Below are positions 46,871 to 56,904 of a DNA stretch of 64,000 nucleotides, in pieces. The stretch comes from Obrimoposthia wandeli (taxonomy: Eukaryota). A model generated the notes under the pieces. That model saw nothing but the letters and a program-made list of their open reading frames with translations, ran no database searches and was not told the DNA's origin. Where the stretch lies: positions 1,612,001-1,676,000 of the forward strand of contig CDROCS010001491.1 in the NCBI GenBank assembly GCA_977020255.1. The letters run 5' to 3'. The translations under genes were made by a program, and so were the position numbers. How positions within the stretch are numbered: the stretch's first letter is position 1; each line of letters opens with the position of its first letter.

Positions 46871-48529
46871 GCGCATGTTTCAAAAGTCAACTTAACATTG
46901 TAAAGCCGAATTAAAACCAATAACCCATCCTACATCACCGATGAAAATAACCGCGGTGGATATATTAGGACCATTTCCAGAAACTATTAAAGGATATAAA
47001 TATATACTTGTCTTTTCAAACTATCTAACTAAATGGACTGAGGCATTTGCTTTACCAAATCAAAAAGCAGAAACAATAACCAAAATATTTACTGAAGAAA
47101 TACTATTGAGATTTGGACCACCAGTGAAGATAATTACTAATCGTGGAACAAATTTTATGAGTGACGTAATCGCAGAAGTAATGAAATTCTTTCGAATAAA
47201 AAAACTAAATACTTCTCCTTACCATCCACAAACGAACGGGCAGGTAGAAAGATTTAACCATACTTTAGAAAATATGCTATTCGCATATGTTAATAATAAA
47301 CATGGCAACTGGGTTGAATATATCGCAACATGTCCATTCGTCTATAGAAACACTAATCATTCAACTACCAAATAAACACCTTTCTTTTTAATGTTTTACG
47401 CGAATTTCGAATGCATACAGGCCTGAATTTTCTACTACCTTTGGATCAATACATGGCAACACCAACCTAAGTAGTTACTATGAAAGAGCGTTTGAAAGAA
47501 GCTAGGGAGAAAGCAAATTTAAATATTAAAGTTTCCCAAGAATATAAGAAGGAAAATTATTATAAAATTGGTAAACAACATAAATTTCAGACAGGCGACA
47601 AAATATTAATTTGCGTACCGTTACATCAGATAGGTTTAACAAAAGAAGTTCCATAAACCATACGAAGGGCCATATGAAATTATCGAAGTAATTGAACCAA
47701 ATTTAACAGTAAAATCATTAGTTAAAAAAGAAATACAAACAGTTCATGTAAATAAATGTAAACCTTATTACCAGACTCAAGACAACCAAAGATATAATTT
47801 GAGAAGCAATATACTTCCACAGGTCAATATTACAAATACATTTTTCGCAATTATTACTCTAGCAGTAATTGCTTCATGCTGCGGTGTCTAAACAAAAATA
47901 AAATTATGGACATATGCTATGCACCTATATTTATGGCAAAACAGAAGTACTTATAATTTTGAAATTTACACATTACCAAGAATATTTGATATAATCATAA
48001 AGGTATAACCAAATGTTGGTACATGTTGTGAACTTATAACATGTGGAAACTCAAAAAATTCTTATACAATAGTGAATAAATCATCAATAAATGCATTTGT
48101 ATGCAAACATATGTTACCATACAAAATGTTTCAAATAAAAATTCGGGAAAAGACAACATATTTCAATTCTTTGTCAGAACATTACAATTTTTACATCAAC
48201 CAAAGAACTTACATATAAGATCAGTACAAGAAAAATATATATTTGAGTGGAAAAGCTTACTTAGCGTGAACAAATTTAACCCAACAGGCTCCAAAAACCA
48301 AAACATTAATACTGATATATACCACGAAGTGAATATTTATAATCTACAAAAAAACACACTCCCCTACAAATAAGTAAATGAAATAATAAATACAAAACAC
48401 TCTACAAAATAACAATAACATGTTCTATACAAGAGTGCGACATGCTCTAAAAGTATTTACTTTAACATCGCAATACACAAGAATAAAGAAAAGATCTGCG
48501 GTGGCCCGACAAGCAATATATATATACAG

Positions 48530-50041
48530 GGTCGCGAATGGGATGGTCTCACTCCCTATGCTACTCCAACTTCGATAGCAGACAATACAGTGCCTGGACC
48601 ATTCAGAAGGCCACAATCTTCGATACGTGATTTTAGGAGAATAAAGGCGACGAATGAGGTTAGACTTAATTTATTTCAAATGTTTTTAAATTTCATTTTC
48701 AGAATCTTCAACTAGCTATAACACCGTCAGTGACCACGGCGGAGAGACTGATTGAACCTCAATACATGGTGAGTCAATCCAGCCAGGAAGAGCCGAGGAG
48801 TGAATACCAATACCTACCGACTCCGAATAATATTGAGGTAAATTATTTTAAATTAGATAATAATTTTAATTATTCACATAGGAAGCAGACTTGGTAGAGG
48901 AAGTTCTGGAGGAGGCAACCCTCAAACTATCCCTGGATAGGAGGCAGGAGGTGGTGAGGAAACCGCGACGACATCAGGTGAAAACATCAACAGTCCACAG
49001 GAAGAAGGCAAAGTTGGTGAAACAGGCAAACCTGCCTGTTATTGAGGTAAATTACTAATATACTTAAATTTTATTAATGCTTTTTTTGCAGGAACCTGCA
49101 ACACTTATTGAAGATGGTTTAGAGAGGCCACAACAATTCCAGGGATGTGGAAGCAGAAGGCAGTGGTACAAAAAACCAAACGCATTAGAAAGGCGAAAAA
49201 CAATATTCTCCAGTCTACCGAGACATCAATGGAGCATCAGGATAAACTTCCTTATACTATTATTGAGGTAAATTTTAAAATTTTAAAATATTTTATTAAT
49301 TATAATTTTTTATAATATTTTACTAATATTTTTTTAATGCAGGGTCCTTTAAAGGTAATTGAGGATACTTGGGGAGAAATTTCTCCTTTCCCGCAGAAAC
49401 GGACGAAGCGAACAGAGGTGCGGAAGACGAAACGCTCGAGAAAATGTCGCACCACAATGCTCATTTTTCTGAGGTGGGGATTGGCCAGCAGGAGATTCTC
49501 CCATCTCCAGTAGACGACGGACCAATTATGTACGAGATGATACCAGTCAACGACCCCTGCAGGAGACGGCACCAGCTCCATTAAACATCAGCCAAAATTT
49601 GGCCAGGGCTTGGGAGACTGCTTCTCCTCGTCCAACAACCAGCCAGAACTTGAAGAGGGTCTGGGATGAAGCTGGATTGGACGAATTCCTGGCGGAATTG
49701 GATACTCCGCAACCGGCAATGCTTCCAGATTCGCGAGGGCAGCAGGATGCCGTCTCATCCCAGCTTCAGCGCGAGGAGAAATTGAAGAAAGCTCCGCAGT
49801 AAAGGAAGGCTACAACTTCTTCATCGTTGCTATCAACATTGGCTGCACCTCCTCCCAAAACGTTGCGGCAACTACTGCCAAAACCTCAGGAAAGGTCAAT
49901 TAATGCACAGCAACCGGTGCAGCCGAAAAAGAAGCCAGTGTCGCTTACTCCTATAACACTCAGTCGGAGGGATATCGATGAGGTTGATCCCAACAAAGAC
50001 TTTGTGAAGTGTTTTGGAAAGAATATACCTTGTAAAAAATA
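48530..50041 (+). pseudogene. Multi-exon gene for a disordered protein (SQNLxRxW / LDEFLAEL family), block A copy
   Basis: Exons 48530-48658, 48703-48837, 48882-49046, 49092-49267, 49343-50041. Four phase-0 introns of 44, 44, 45 and 75 nt. Frameshifts and a TAA in the later exons. Confidence 0.7.
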
Positions 50042-50416
50042 ATTTTATGTGTTTTGTTTTATTTTTAAATTTTTATATTTTTTTTTTACAAATTTAGAAA
50101 TATTAAAATACAATCATAAATTTACTAAAATATAAAGTTGAAAAATAAAAAAAATAGGTAACTTATTCGAATGTGATAGGATTAATTAATAATAAAATTC
50201 TACATGTCTTCAAACTTCTTTAATTTCAAAAAGATAAGTATTAAATTTATATAGAAATGCAATGATTAGTTATTGATTTATTAAATTATAAACTCTCATT
50301 TGATAAATAAAAGTATATCATTTAATTGAATGTGATAAGATCAAAAATATTTTAAATTTATATATATAGGCTCAAATTTATTAACCTCTTCATAAATAAA
50401 ATTGAAATTTACTTAA

Positions 50417-50700
50417 ATGCAAAGTTTCGTGACGAAAATAGAAGAAATTATCAGAAGAAATGATAAGAAAGGAGATTTAAGAAAAAGGATCCTCAATCAG
50501 AATCTTTACGTTGTTGTCGCGACTGAGTAGAATCGTCGGGTGGTGATTCTAGACAGACGTCCAGCAGAACGACAACGGATCCTGGATTTTAATAGGAAGA
50601 AAGAATTGGAGTAAAGGAAACTGGATGAAAAAATAATAGTGTAGATGGCGGACAATCGCCGAGCAGCAAGAAAGAGAATCCTCCAGATTAAACCTGAATT
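50417..50700 (+). pseudogene. Degenerate paralog of the 55621-55941 coiled-coil (SERTA-like?) gene
   Basis: MQSFVTKIEEIIRRNDKKGDLRKRILNQNLYVVVATE*NRR. Confidence 0.75.
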
Positions 50701-51138
50701 TTTGAAAATTATTTTTTCTTTTTATCTTATTGATTATTTTTGTGTTACATAATTGTATAAATATTTTACATAACTTTACTAAATATAAACAATTTTATAT
50801 ATAATGTTTTTTTATAATATAGATCATAAAATAAATTGGAATAAATTATTCATTAAATTATCTCCAGATGTAATGGAAGATTATGAAAAAAAATTATATC
50901 TCAAAAAATTATACTCCTGAAATTGTTGCAAATAAAATATGTAATTTACTTTCCAAATATTTAGGTAGGTTTACATTTAATATAATTTATTTTAATATTC
51001 ATAGGAGAATTGAAAATATGTACCAATCTAAGGAGAAAAATGAATCCTGAGTATTTTGATATTTTAAAACATTTTGATAATTGGTTTTTTATTTTTATTC
51101 GTTATAAACAAAGGGATTTGTTACTTATATGTGTAATT

Positions 51139-51432
51139 ATGCAAGAATATATCATAGACTTTGAAGCTTTCATTAACAAAAATGGAGAATATATTATAAA
51201 AGAATTATGTATTATGGATATATGCGACGTTTTCCATCCTTTGCATTTCATATTTCATATAGATATCCCGTTTAGGAGTTTAGATTATAAGAAAAAGTTT
51301 ACTAATTTATATCTAACTAATTATTTTCATTTATTAAAATGCAAAGGAAAACATAAGGCTTTTTGTAAATATGTATTTTCGATACAATTAAATCTAATTT
51401 TGATATTAAAAATAGATTATTTTATGTTTTAG
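51139..51432 (+). pseudogene. Truncated DEDD exonuclease-like gene, block A copy
   Basis: MQEYIIDFEAFINKNGEYIIKELCI, near-identical to 56076; internally deleted. TATAAACA 36 nt upstream. Confidence 0.75.
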
Positions 51433-51717
51433 ATGAAATGTATGGTTAAAGTGAAAGAAAAAACACCAACACTCTTTCAAAATTTTCCAACAAAATTCCA
51501 CCTGTACATCAACATCCTCTTGGTTGGGTTCTATTATGATGAACTTTGTGAATTGTCTTCTGTATACAGGCCAACGAGGGTATGTTGGATGAGGAAACTC
51601 TCCATAAGTTCTGATCCATTTTGATAAACACTCCTCGTGGTATAGGTGGTTGCAGGCATTGGGTCTTGTTCTTCGTTCTGGTATATTTTCTAAACATATT
51701 GGACATTCCTCAGACAT
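51406..51717 (-). CDS. RING-H2 E3 ligase-like protein (C-terminal ligand pair decayed)
   Basis: CPICLE..ACNHLYHEECLSKW..RWPVYRRQF (C3H2C3 pattern with the last CxxC mutated). Confidence 0.7.
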   Translation of the reverse strand: MSEECPICLENIPERRTRPNACNHLYHEECLSKWIRTYGEFPHPTYPRWPVYRRQFTKFIIIEPNQEDVDVQVEFCWKILKECWCFFFHFNHTFHLKHKIIYF

Positions 51718-52958
51718 TCTAAATATATGATAACGATTAATTTCTGCATGGTTTCTACATAATTCTACACTTGTTTTTTACAATTACTTCTACAACATTT
51801 CTACATATTTTTATACACTAATTTATCTACAACCTACTCTGACTTGTCATGTCTTGATGGGAGGCAGAGGCAAGGGTTGCAATTCCACTTCCTCCATCAT
51901 GGGTGTGTTACAGAATCGCAGCTCTTTGCATCTCTAGAGATTACGGCCATTACGATAAAAGCATTGACTGGTGTCATTCAGCTGTCTGAGGATTGATAAT
52001 CGTACTTACTTTTGATGTTTGTCGGGTTGAATGGCGTTTCGAGTGGTGCTGTTTGGTTTCCGTGTATTATTTTCGATCTTTTGATAATTCACGGTTTCAG
52101 ACTTATTGTTTATTGTCTAAGTGATATTATTATTCGATATTTGAAATCCAGTGGAATCGTTCCCTTTACTCTTCTCCTCTAGATGATTGTGCTTTGGTTT
52201 CTGGAATTGGGCTATCTTCCTTTCACCTTTGCCTTTTTTATGATTGTGTTTGGTTTCCCGGGATGGAATTTCCTGGGTCTGATTCTCGTACCTATTCGAT
52301 TAAATTGACTTGTCTGGTACTTTAGAGTTACATAGTATATTTGATTTGTTATTACAATGATTACAGTAGAGGTTTCTTAGCATCACTGGGAATTCGGTTA
52401 CATGTACACTCGGCATCATAATGTGGTATCAAAATTTGGGGTTGTATTGCGAATTTGATTCTGTCATCTGGATTGGGACACGCCACTGTTACCTTGTCAG
52501 TTTCCAGCAGTCTGAAAAACAGGTTAATGGAATTCCATACGGTTTTACGTCGTTTACCTATGACCATAATCCTGTCAAAAACTTTCCAGGTACGCTCGTC
52601 AGTAGACAATATTACTGATTTTGTTCGGATAACTTGGATAATCCGTTTTCTTTTAGATATAGTTATTTGTAGATATAACATATTTTCATAATAGAATAGG
52701 ATCAGTCGGTAGTAAAGTGTATGATTGTCAATCTATATTTTAATATCGCAGATAACGTATAATTTTTTGATCAACATTTTCAGTTGCGGATGTTTGTAGT
52801 TGAATGTCTAATATGTGATTTCTTTTTAGTAAAAGTATTTCTATGTATAGCGCTCGTATCGTATCTTGTATCCATTAACTGACAATGATCTCGTAACCAG
52901 CTTCGGTCGTGGTGACTTGTATGACCAAAATGATTCCTATTATTGTCCGGTTCCGAAT

Positions 52959-53465
52959 CTAAGGGATTTCTCTGGGATAACCCAAAGTACTAATGAAGTA
53001 TGGCCTTTCCTCGATACGTTCATATATCGTTGGCTGATACTCCGGTGCTGGTTCATTTATGAATGCTGGTCTTGGTAGTGTTGTGTCGAATTTTTGTAAA
53101 TTCATTTGACCTGCTCGTCTTGAGAAATCATGACGTTTCTTTAATTTCAGCTCGATCTTTGTACAGCACACCAATATGAGTAATATTAATATTATGATTC
53201 CGATAATCAATGACATAATTGGATTGACCAATTCTAGAATGCCATAATGTATTATTTTCATTCTTTTACTCTTGATGGTTAAAATTTTAAATTTATGTGT
53301 GTTTTTGTTGGATATATCACTCAGAAGTACGATTTTAGTTTGTCCAAATGTGTATCCTTCACATGTGACAATACTAACGCCATAATATCCAGGTAGTGTT
53401 TTCATTTCTGTCGCTGGTATTATACACACTCGCTCTTGACAGCCTTTCACACACATGATCATCAC
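52959..53465 (-). CDS. Type I membrane protein-like ORF (Cys-containing ectodomain, TM helix, cytoplasmic tail)
   Basis: Hydrophobic IMSLIIGIIILILLILVCC followed by a basic stop-transfer segment. No recognised family. Confidence 0.45.
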   Translation of the reverse strand: MMIMCVKGCQERVCIIPATEMKTLPGYYGVSIVTCEGYTFGQTKIVLLSDISNKNTHKFKILTIKSKRMKIIHYGILELVNPIMSLIIGIIILILLILVCCTKIELKLKKRHDFSRRAGQMNLQKFDTTLPRPAFINEPAPEYQPTIYERIEERPYFISTLGYPREIP

Positions 53466-53509
53466 GGCTTTACTGTGAGACGTTTTGATTATTTCTAAGG
53501 TGTTGTTTC

Positions 53510-54244
53510 TTAATGTAAATTGTATTCAGCTAGCGTCATCAGTTCAGCTTTACCGGTTGGAATAGCTTGTAGCATTAATCTAATTACTAATCCGTAGATT
53601 AATCCTTGTGCAACAGTACACAAGGCCTTGCTTGTCACTTTGCAAACAGTTTTGATTATTATTTGTTTCAGACATATCTGTTTCTGGGTGCGTCGTTTTG
53701 TCTTGGTTATTTGTCGTTGTTTTGACATTTCTTCGATTCCGGTTTTTCCGATAATCAACTGTACTTGTTTGCCTTGCATCACTAGCTCTCCAAATCCATT
53801 TTTGGCACACAAGTATGTTTTATGTCCTTTCTTGTTTTCAATTATCACTCTCTTACTTCCATACTCACGTGTTTGGATGACATCGCCGTCGAATATATAC
53901 GTTGTACCTTTTGTATCCGCTTCTTCTTTTTTTATTTCCTTCGCAATTCGTTTTCTTCGCCCGCATCTTGCGAACGTTTCTGATATTCTATCGAGTATGC
54001 ACTGTTGGTCAGCTTCGTAGTCCATTCGGAATTGATTCAGTCGTCTGTTTTGGGGATAATATATCGTTTCATTCCCTATGTTCTCCTCGATCCATTCGTC
54101 TAGATAAACAAGTACTTTTGCCGTTGGTCCGTTTGGTCTCTTCATTTTTACAAACTGGAATCTTTCTGTGTCGATTCGTATGAGTCGAAACCATCTTTTA
54201 ATTAGCCAAACATCAATCAGTCCTATCAACACTAGTAACATCAT
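53510..54244 (-). CDS. Hypothetical 244-aa protein with hydrophobic N- and C-terminal segments
   Basis: Long open frame in a compact minus-strand cluster; no recognised family. Confidence 0.45.
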   Translation of the reverse strand: MMLLVLIGLIDVWLIKRWFRLIRIDTERFQFVKMKRPNGPTAKVLVYLDEWIEENIGNETIYYPQNRRLNQFRMDYEADQQCILDRISETFARCGRRKRIAKEIKKEEADTKGTTYIFDGDVIQTREYGSKRVIIENKKGHKTYLCAKNGFGELVMQGKQVQLIIGKTGIEEMSKQRQITKTKRRTQKQICLKQIIIKTVCKVTSKALCTVAQGLIYGLVIRLMLQAIPTGKAELMTLAEYNLH

Positions 54245-54456
54245 CAGTGTCGGTGTATTGTACTGTATGATGTAGTTGTTGATTTCTTTAAATCAGGAAC
54301 TATTTCCGTGGCTGGAGCCTATCTCCTGTGCTTTCTTTGTTGGCATTAGGCAACTTAACAAGCCTAGTGCTAGCAATCTTCGATACTGATCTCTGGGTAC
54401 TGTTGCTGTAATCGCACTCGTTTTTTGTTGTTTCTTCCTTTTTTCGGAATATTTAT

Positions 54457-54723
54457 TTATTTCTCGAACGAGTAACGGTTTGAATTCCGTGTCTGGTCTA
54501 TTCTGTTTTGAATGGTTTGAGTAAACCTCGTCAGGTGGTCTTGTGCATCGGTTATCTCTTGGTTTGAAGCACGTATATATCGTGTAGTGTCATCTTCAGT
54601 ATGTTGACATATACTGATTATCTCAATTCCAATTTCGACGATGTGAATTACCCGGTTTATACTGTGGAACTTTAATCCAGTAGTATCTATATCTCCTTGG
54701 TGGCATAGAAATACTTTCAGCAT
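54457..54723 (-). CDS. Hypothetical 88-aa protein
   Basis: Part of the same minus-strand cluster; coiled-coil-like C-terminal half. Confidence 0.3.
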   Translation of the reverse strand: MLKVFLCHQGDIDTTGLKFHSINRVIHIVEIGIEIISICQHTEDDTTRYIRASNQEITDAQDHLTRFTQTIQNRIDQTRNSNRYSFEK

Positions 54724-54852
54724 TAACTCAGTAATTTTGTCTACTTATGCTAAGAATAAGCCGGTCAACGATAATGATTGGAGGAAATTCTTTTCTTTTG
54801 GATCTTCGGGGATGTCATCCATCCATCTTCGTTCTTGTAACAGGAGTTGGTA

Positions 54853-55277
54853 ATTCGCCAAAACTTTAAGAGGGCCTGGGATGACGCTGGTTTGGACGAA
54901 TTCCTGGCGGAACTGGATACACCGGCAATGCTTCCAGATTCGCGAGGGCAACATGATGCCATCTCACGCCAGCTTCAGCGTGAGAAGGAGGAGAAACAGA
55001 AGAAAGCTCCGCGGAAGAGGAAGGCTACTGCTTCTATGTCGGGCCATCAACATCGGCTGCACCTCCTCCCAAAATGTTGCGGCAACTATTGCCAAAACCT
55101 GAGGGAAGGACAATTGCTGTACAGCAACCGGTGAAGCCGAAAAAGAAACTGGGCCGGCCAAAGAAGAAGGAACCAGTACCGCTTTCTCCTATCAAAATAA
55201 GTCGGAGGGAATACGACCCGGATGATCCCAATGAAGACTTCGTAAGGATTTTCAAAAATATAATTTATAAACATTAG
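54853..55277 (+). pseudogene. 3' part of the SQNLxRxW / LDEFLAEL gene, block B copy
   Basis: RQNFKRAWDDAGLDEFLAELDTPAMLPDSRGQ...LRQLLPKP..ISRREYDPDDPNEDFV, paralogous to 49650-50041. Confidence 0.8.
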
Positions 55278-55620
55278 TTTCTTGTGTTGTCTTTTTATTA
55301 TTATTTATTTTAGAATTTAGTAATATTAAAATATACTACTTAAGTTTATTAAAATAACAAGGTTAAAAATAAATTTTAGAATTTAGTAATATTAAAATAT
55401 CCTCCGTAAGTTTATTAAAATAAAGTTAACTTATTCGAATGTGATTGGATTGTTAAGGAATAAATAAAAAAAATTAGGATTAAATATAAATGCAATGATT
55501 AGATATATATTTATTAAACTTCTATTTGATAAATATATTTTAATTGCTTGTGATTGGATTAAAATTATCTTTAATTTATATATATAGGTTCAAATTTCTT
55601 AACATCTTCATAATTAAAAA

Positions 55621-55941
55621 ATGGAATTTATTAAAATGCAAAGTTTGGTGACGAAGATCGAGGCAAATATAAGAATAAATGAGAAGAAAGGAGATTTACG
55701 AAAGAGGATCCTCAACCAGAATTTATATACTGCTGTCGCGACCGAGTGGAATCGTCGGGTGGAGATTCAGGACAGGCGGCTAGCAGAACGACGTCGGGTT
55801 GTGGAGTGGAACAAGAAAATCGAAATGGAAAAAAAGAAGGTGGAGGAAAAAAGAAGAGAAGAGACGGAGGATGTTCGGCGAGCAGTAAGAAAGCGAATCC
55901 TCCAGATTAAACCGGAAGAGGGTCCTTCCACAAAAAAATAA
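55621..55941 (+). CDS. Small charged coiled-coil protein, N-terminus resembling a SERTA domain
   Basis: Intact 106-aa ORF; SLVTKIE..EKKGDLRKRILNQNLYTAVATE. Confidence 0.65.
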   Translation: MEFIKMQSLVTKIEANIRINEKKGDLRKRILNQNLYTAVATEWNRRVEIQDRRLAERRRVVEWNKKIEMEKKKVEEKRREETEDVRRAVRKRILQIKPEEGPSTKK

Positions 55942-56075
55942 ATTTTATAGATTATTATTTTGTCTTTATTGATTATGTTATAAAATTGTCTAAATACTAC
56001 CTCGTCATTTTAATAAATTTTTGATTAATAGTTTTTCGTTATAAACAACGGGATTTGCTACAAATTTGGGTAATT

Positions 56076-56564
56076 ATGCAGGAATATATCATAGATTTTG
56101 AGGCTTTCATTAACAAAAATGGGGATTATATTATAAAAGAATTATGTATTATGGATGTATGCGACGTTTTTCATCCTTTGCATTTCATATTTCATATAGA
56201 TATCTCATTTAAAAGTTTAGATTATAAGAAAAAATTTACTAATTTATATCTAACTAAATATTTCTATTTATTAAAATGGAAAGAAGGACATAAGGCTTTT
56301 TGTGAAATATGTATTTTCGATACTATTAAATCTAATTTTGAAATTGAAAATGGAATTTTTTATGTTTTAGATGACATGGATGGCAAAAAATATAAGACTT
56401 TAAAAAAATATTTTCCTAAAGTGAGGTTGAATACTTTAAATATTTCACGTGATCATCTATTAAATATTCCACAAAATATTTGCTGTCCATATCGTAATCA
56501 TGGTGACCATTGCACATATAAAAAATGTTTAAGTCTTTCTTATTATTACTTGACATGTAGATAA
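56076..56564 (+). CDS. DEDD/DnaQ-like exonuclease-fold protein (homolog of 13259-13711)
   Basis: IIDFEAFINKNGDYIIKELCI...CPYRNHGDHCTYKKC. ATG at 56076, TATAAACA at 56040. Confidence 0.75.
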   Translation: MQEYIIDFEAFINKNGDYIIKELCIMDVCDVFHPLHFIFHIDISFKSLDYKKKFTNLYLTKYFYLLKWKEGHKAFCEICIFDTIKSNFEIENGIFYVLDDMDGKKYKTLKKYFPKVRLNTLNISRDHLLNIPQNICCPYRNHGDHCTYKKCLSLSYYYLTCR

Positions 56565-56825
56565 ACAATTCTTCTAATTGGAGGAATTCATTATTAAAAT
56601 TTTACAATTATTTACAAATAAGCCTTTTGATTGGAGGAATAAAATTTTTTTCAACCTATAATATATGAATAATCCTTCTCTTTAATTGGAGGAATAAAAT
56701 TTTTTTTTCAACCTATAATAGATAAACAATCCTTCTCTTTAATTGGAGGAATACATTTTTTTTTCAACCAATAACAGATAAACAATCCTTCTCAGTGGAG
56801 GAATAAATTCAATTTTTTAATCCAA
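56562..56825 (+). repeat. Array of five ~55-bp direct repeats with core TGGAGGAAT upstream of the Zn-finger/PolB gene
   Basis: Core at 56579, 56632, 56687, 56744 and 56796; TATATAAG at ~56857. Confidence 0.8.
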
Positions 56826-56904
56826 TAGGAAAAGAGCATGTGTGCATAAATTTTAGTATATAAGCAAACACTTTCTTCATTTAAATCCCCGACAATTTGA
56901 AATA

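Larger units (their letters stand above)
41930..48420 (+). mobile_element. Degenerate Ty3/Gypsy LTR retrotransposon (gag-PR-RT-RH-IN); no 3' LTR visible
   Basis: Gag from ~42947 with decayed knuckle GHTIDYC (~44120). PR ALIDTETSTTLV (44540). RT WASPIVM..KKDGTMRFYVDYRKLN, PFGLTGGPSTFQ, VYIDDI. RH IAYASRSLK. IN AVDILGPFP..ITNRGTNF..NGQVERFNHTL (46941-47375). Many stops and frameshifts. Confidence 0.9.
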
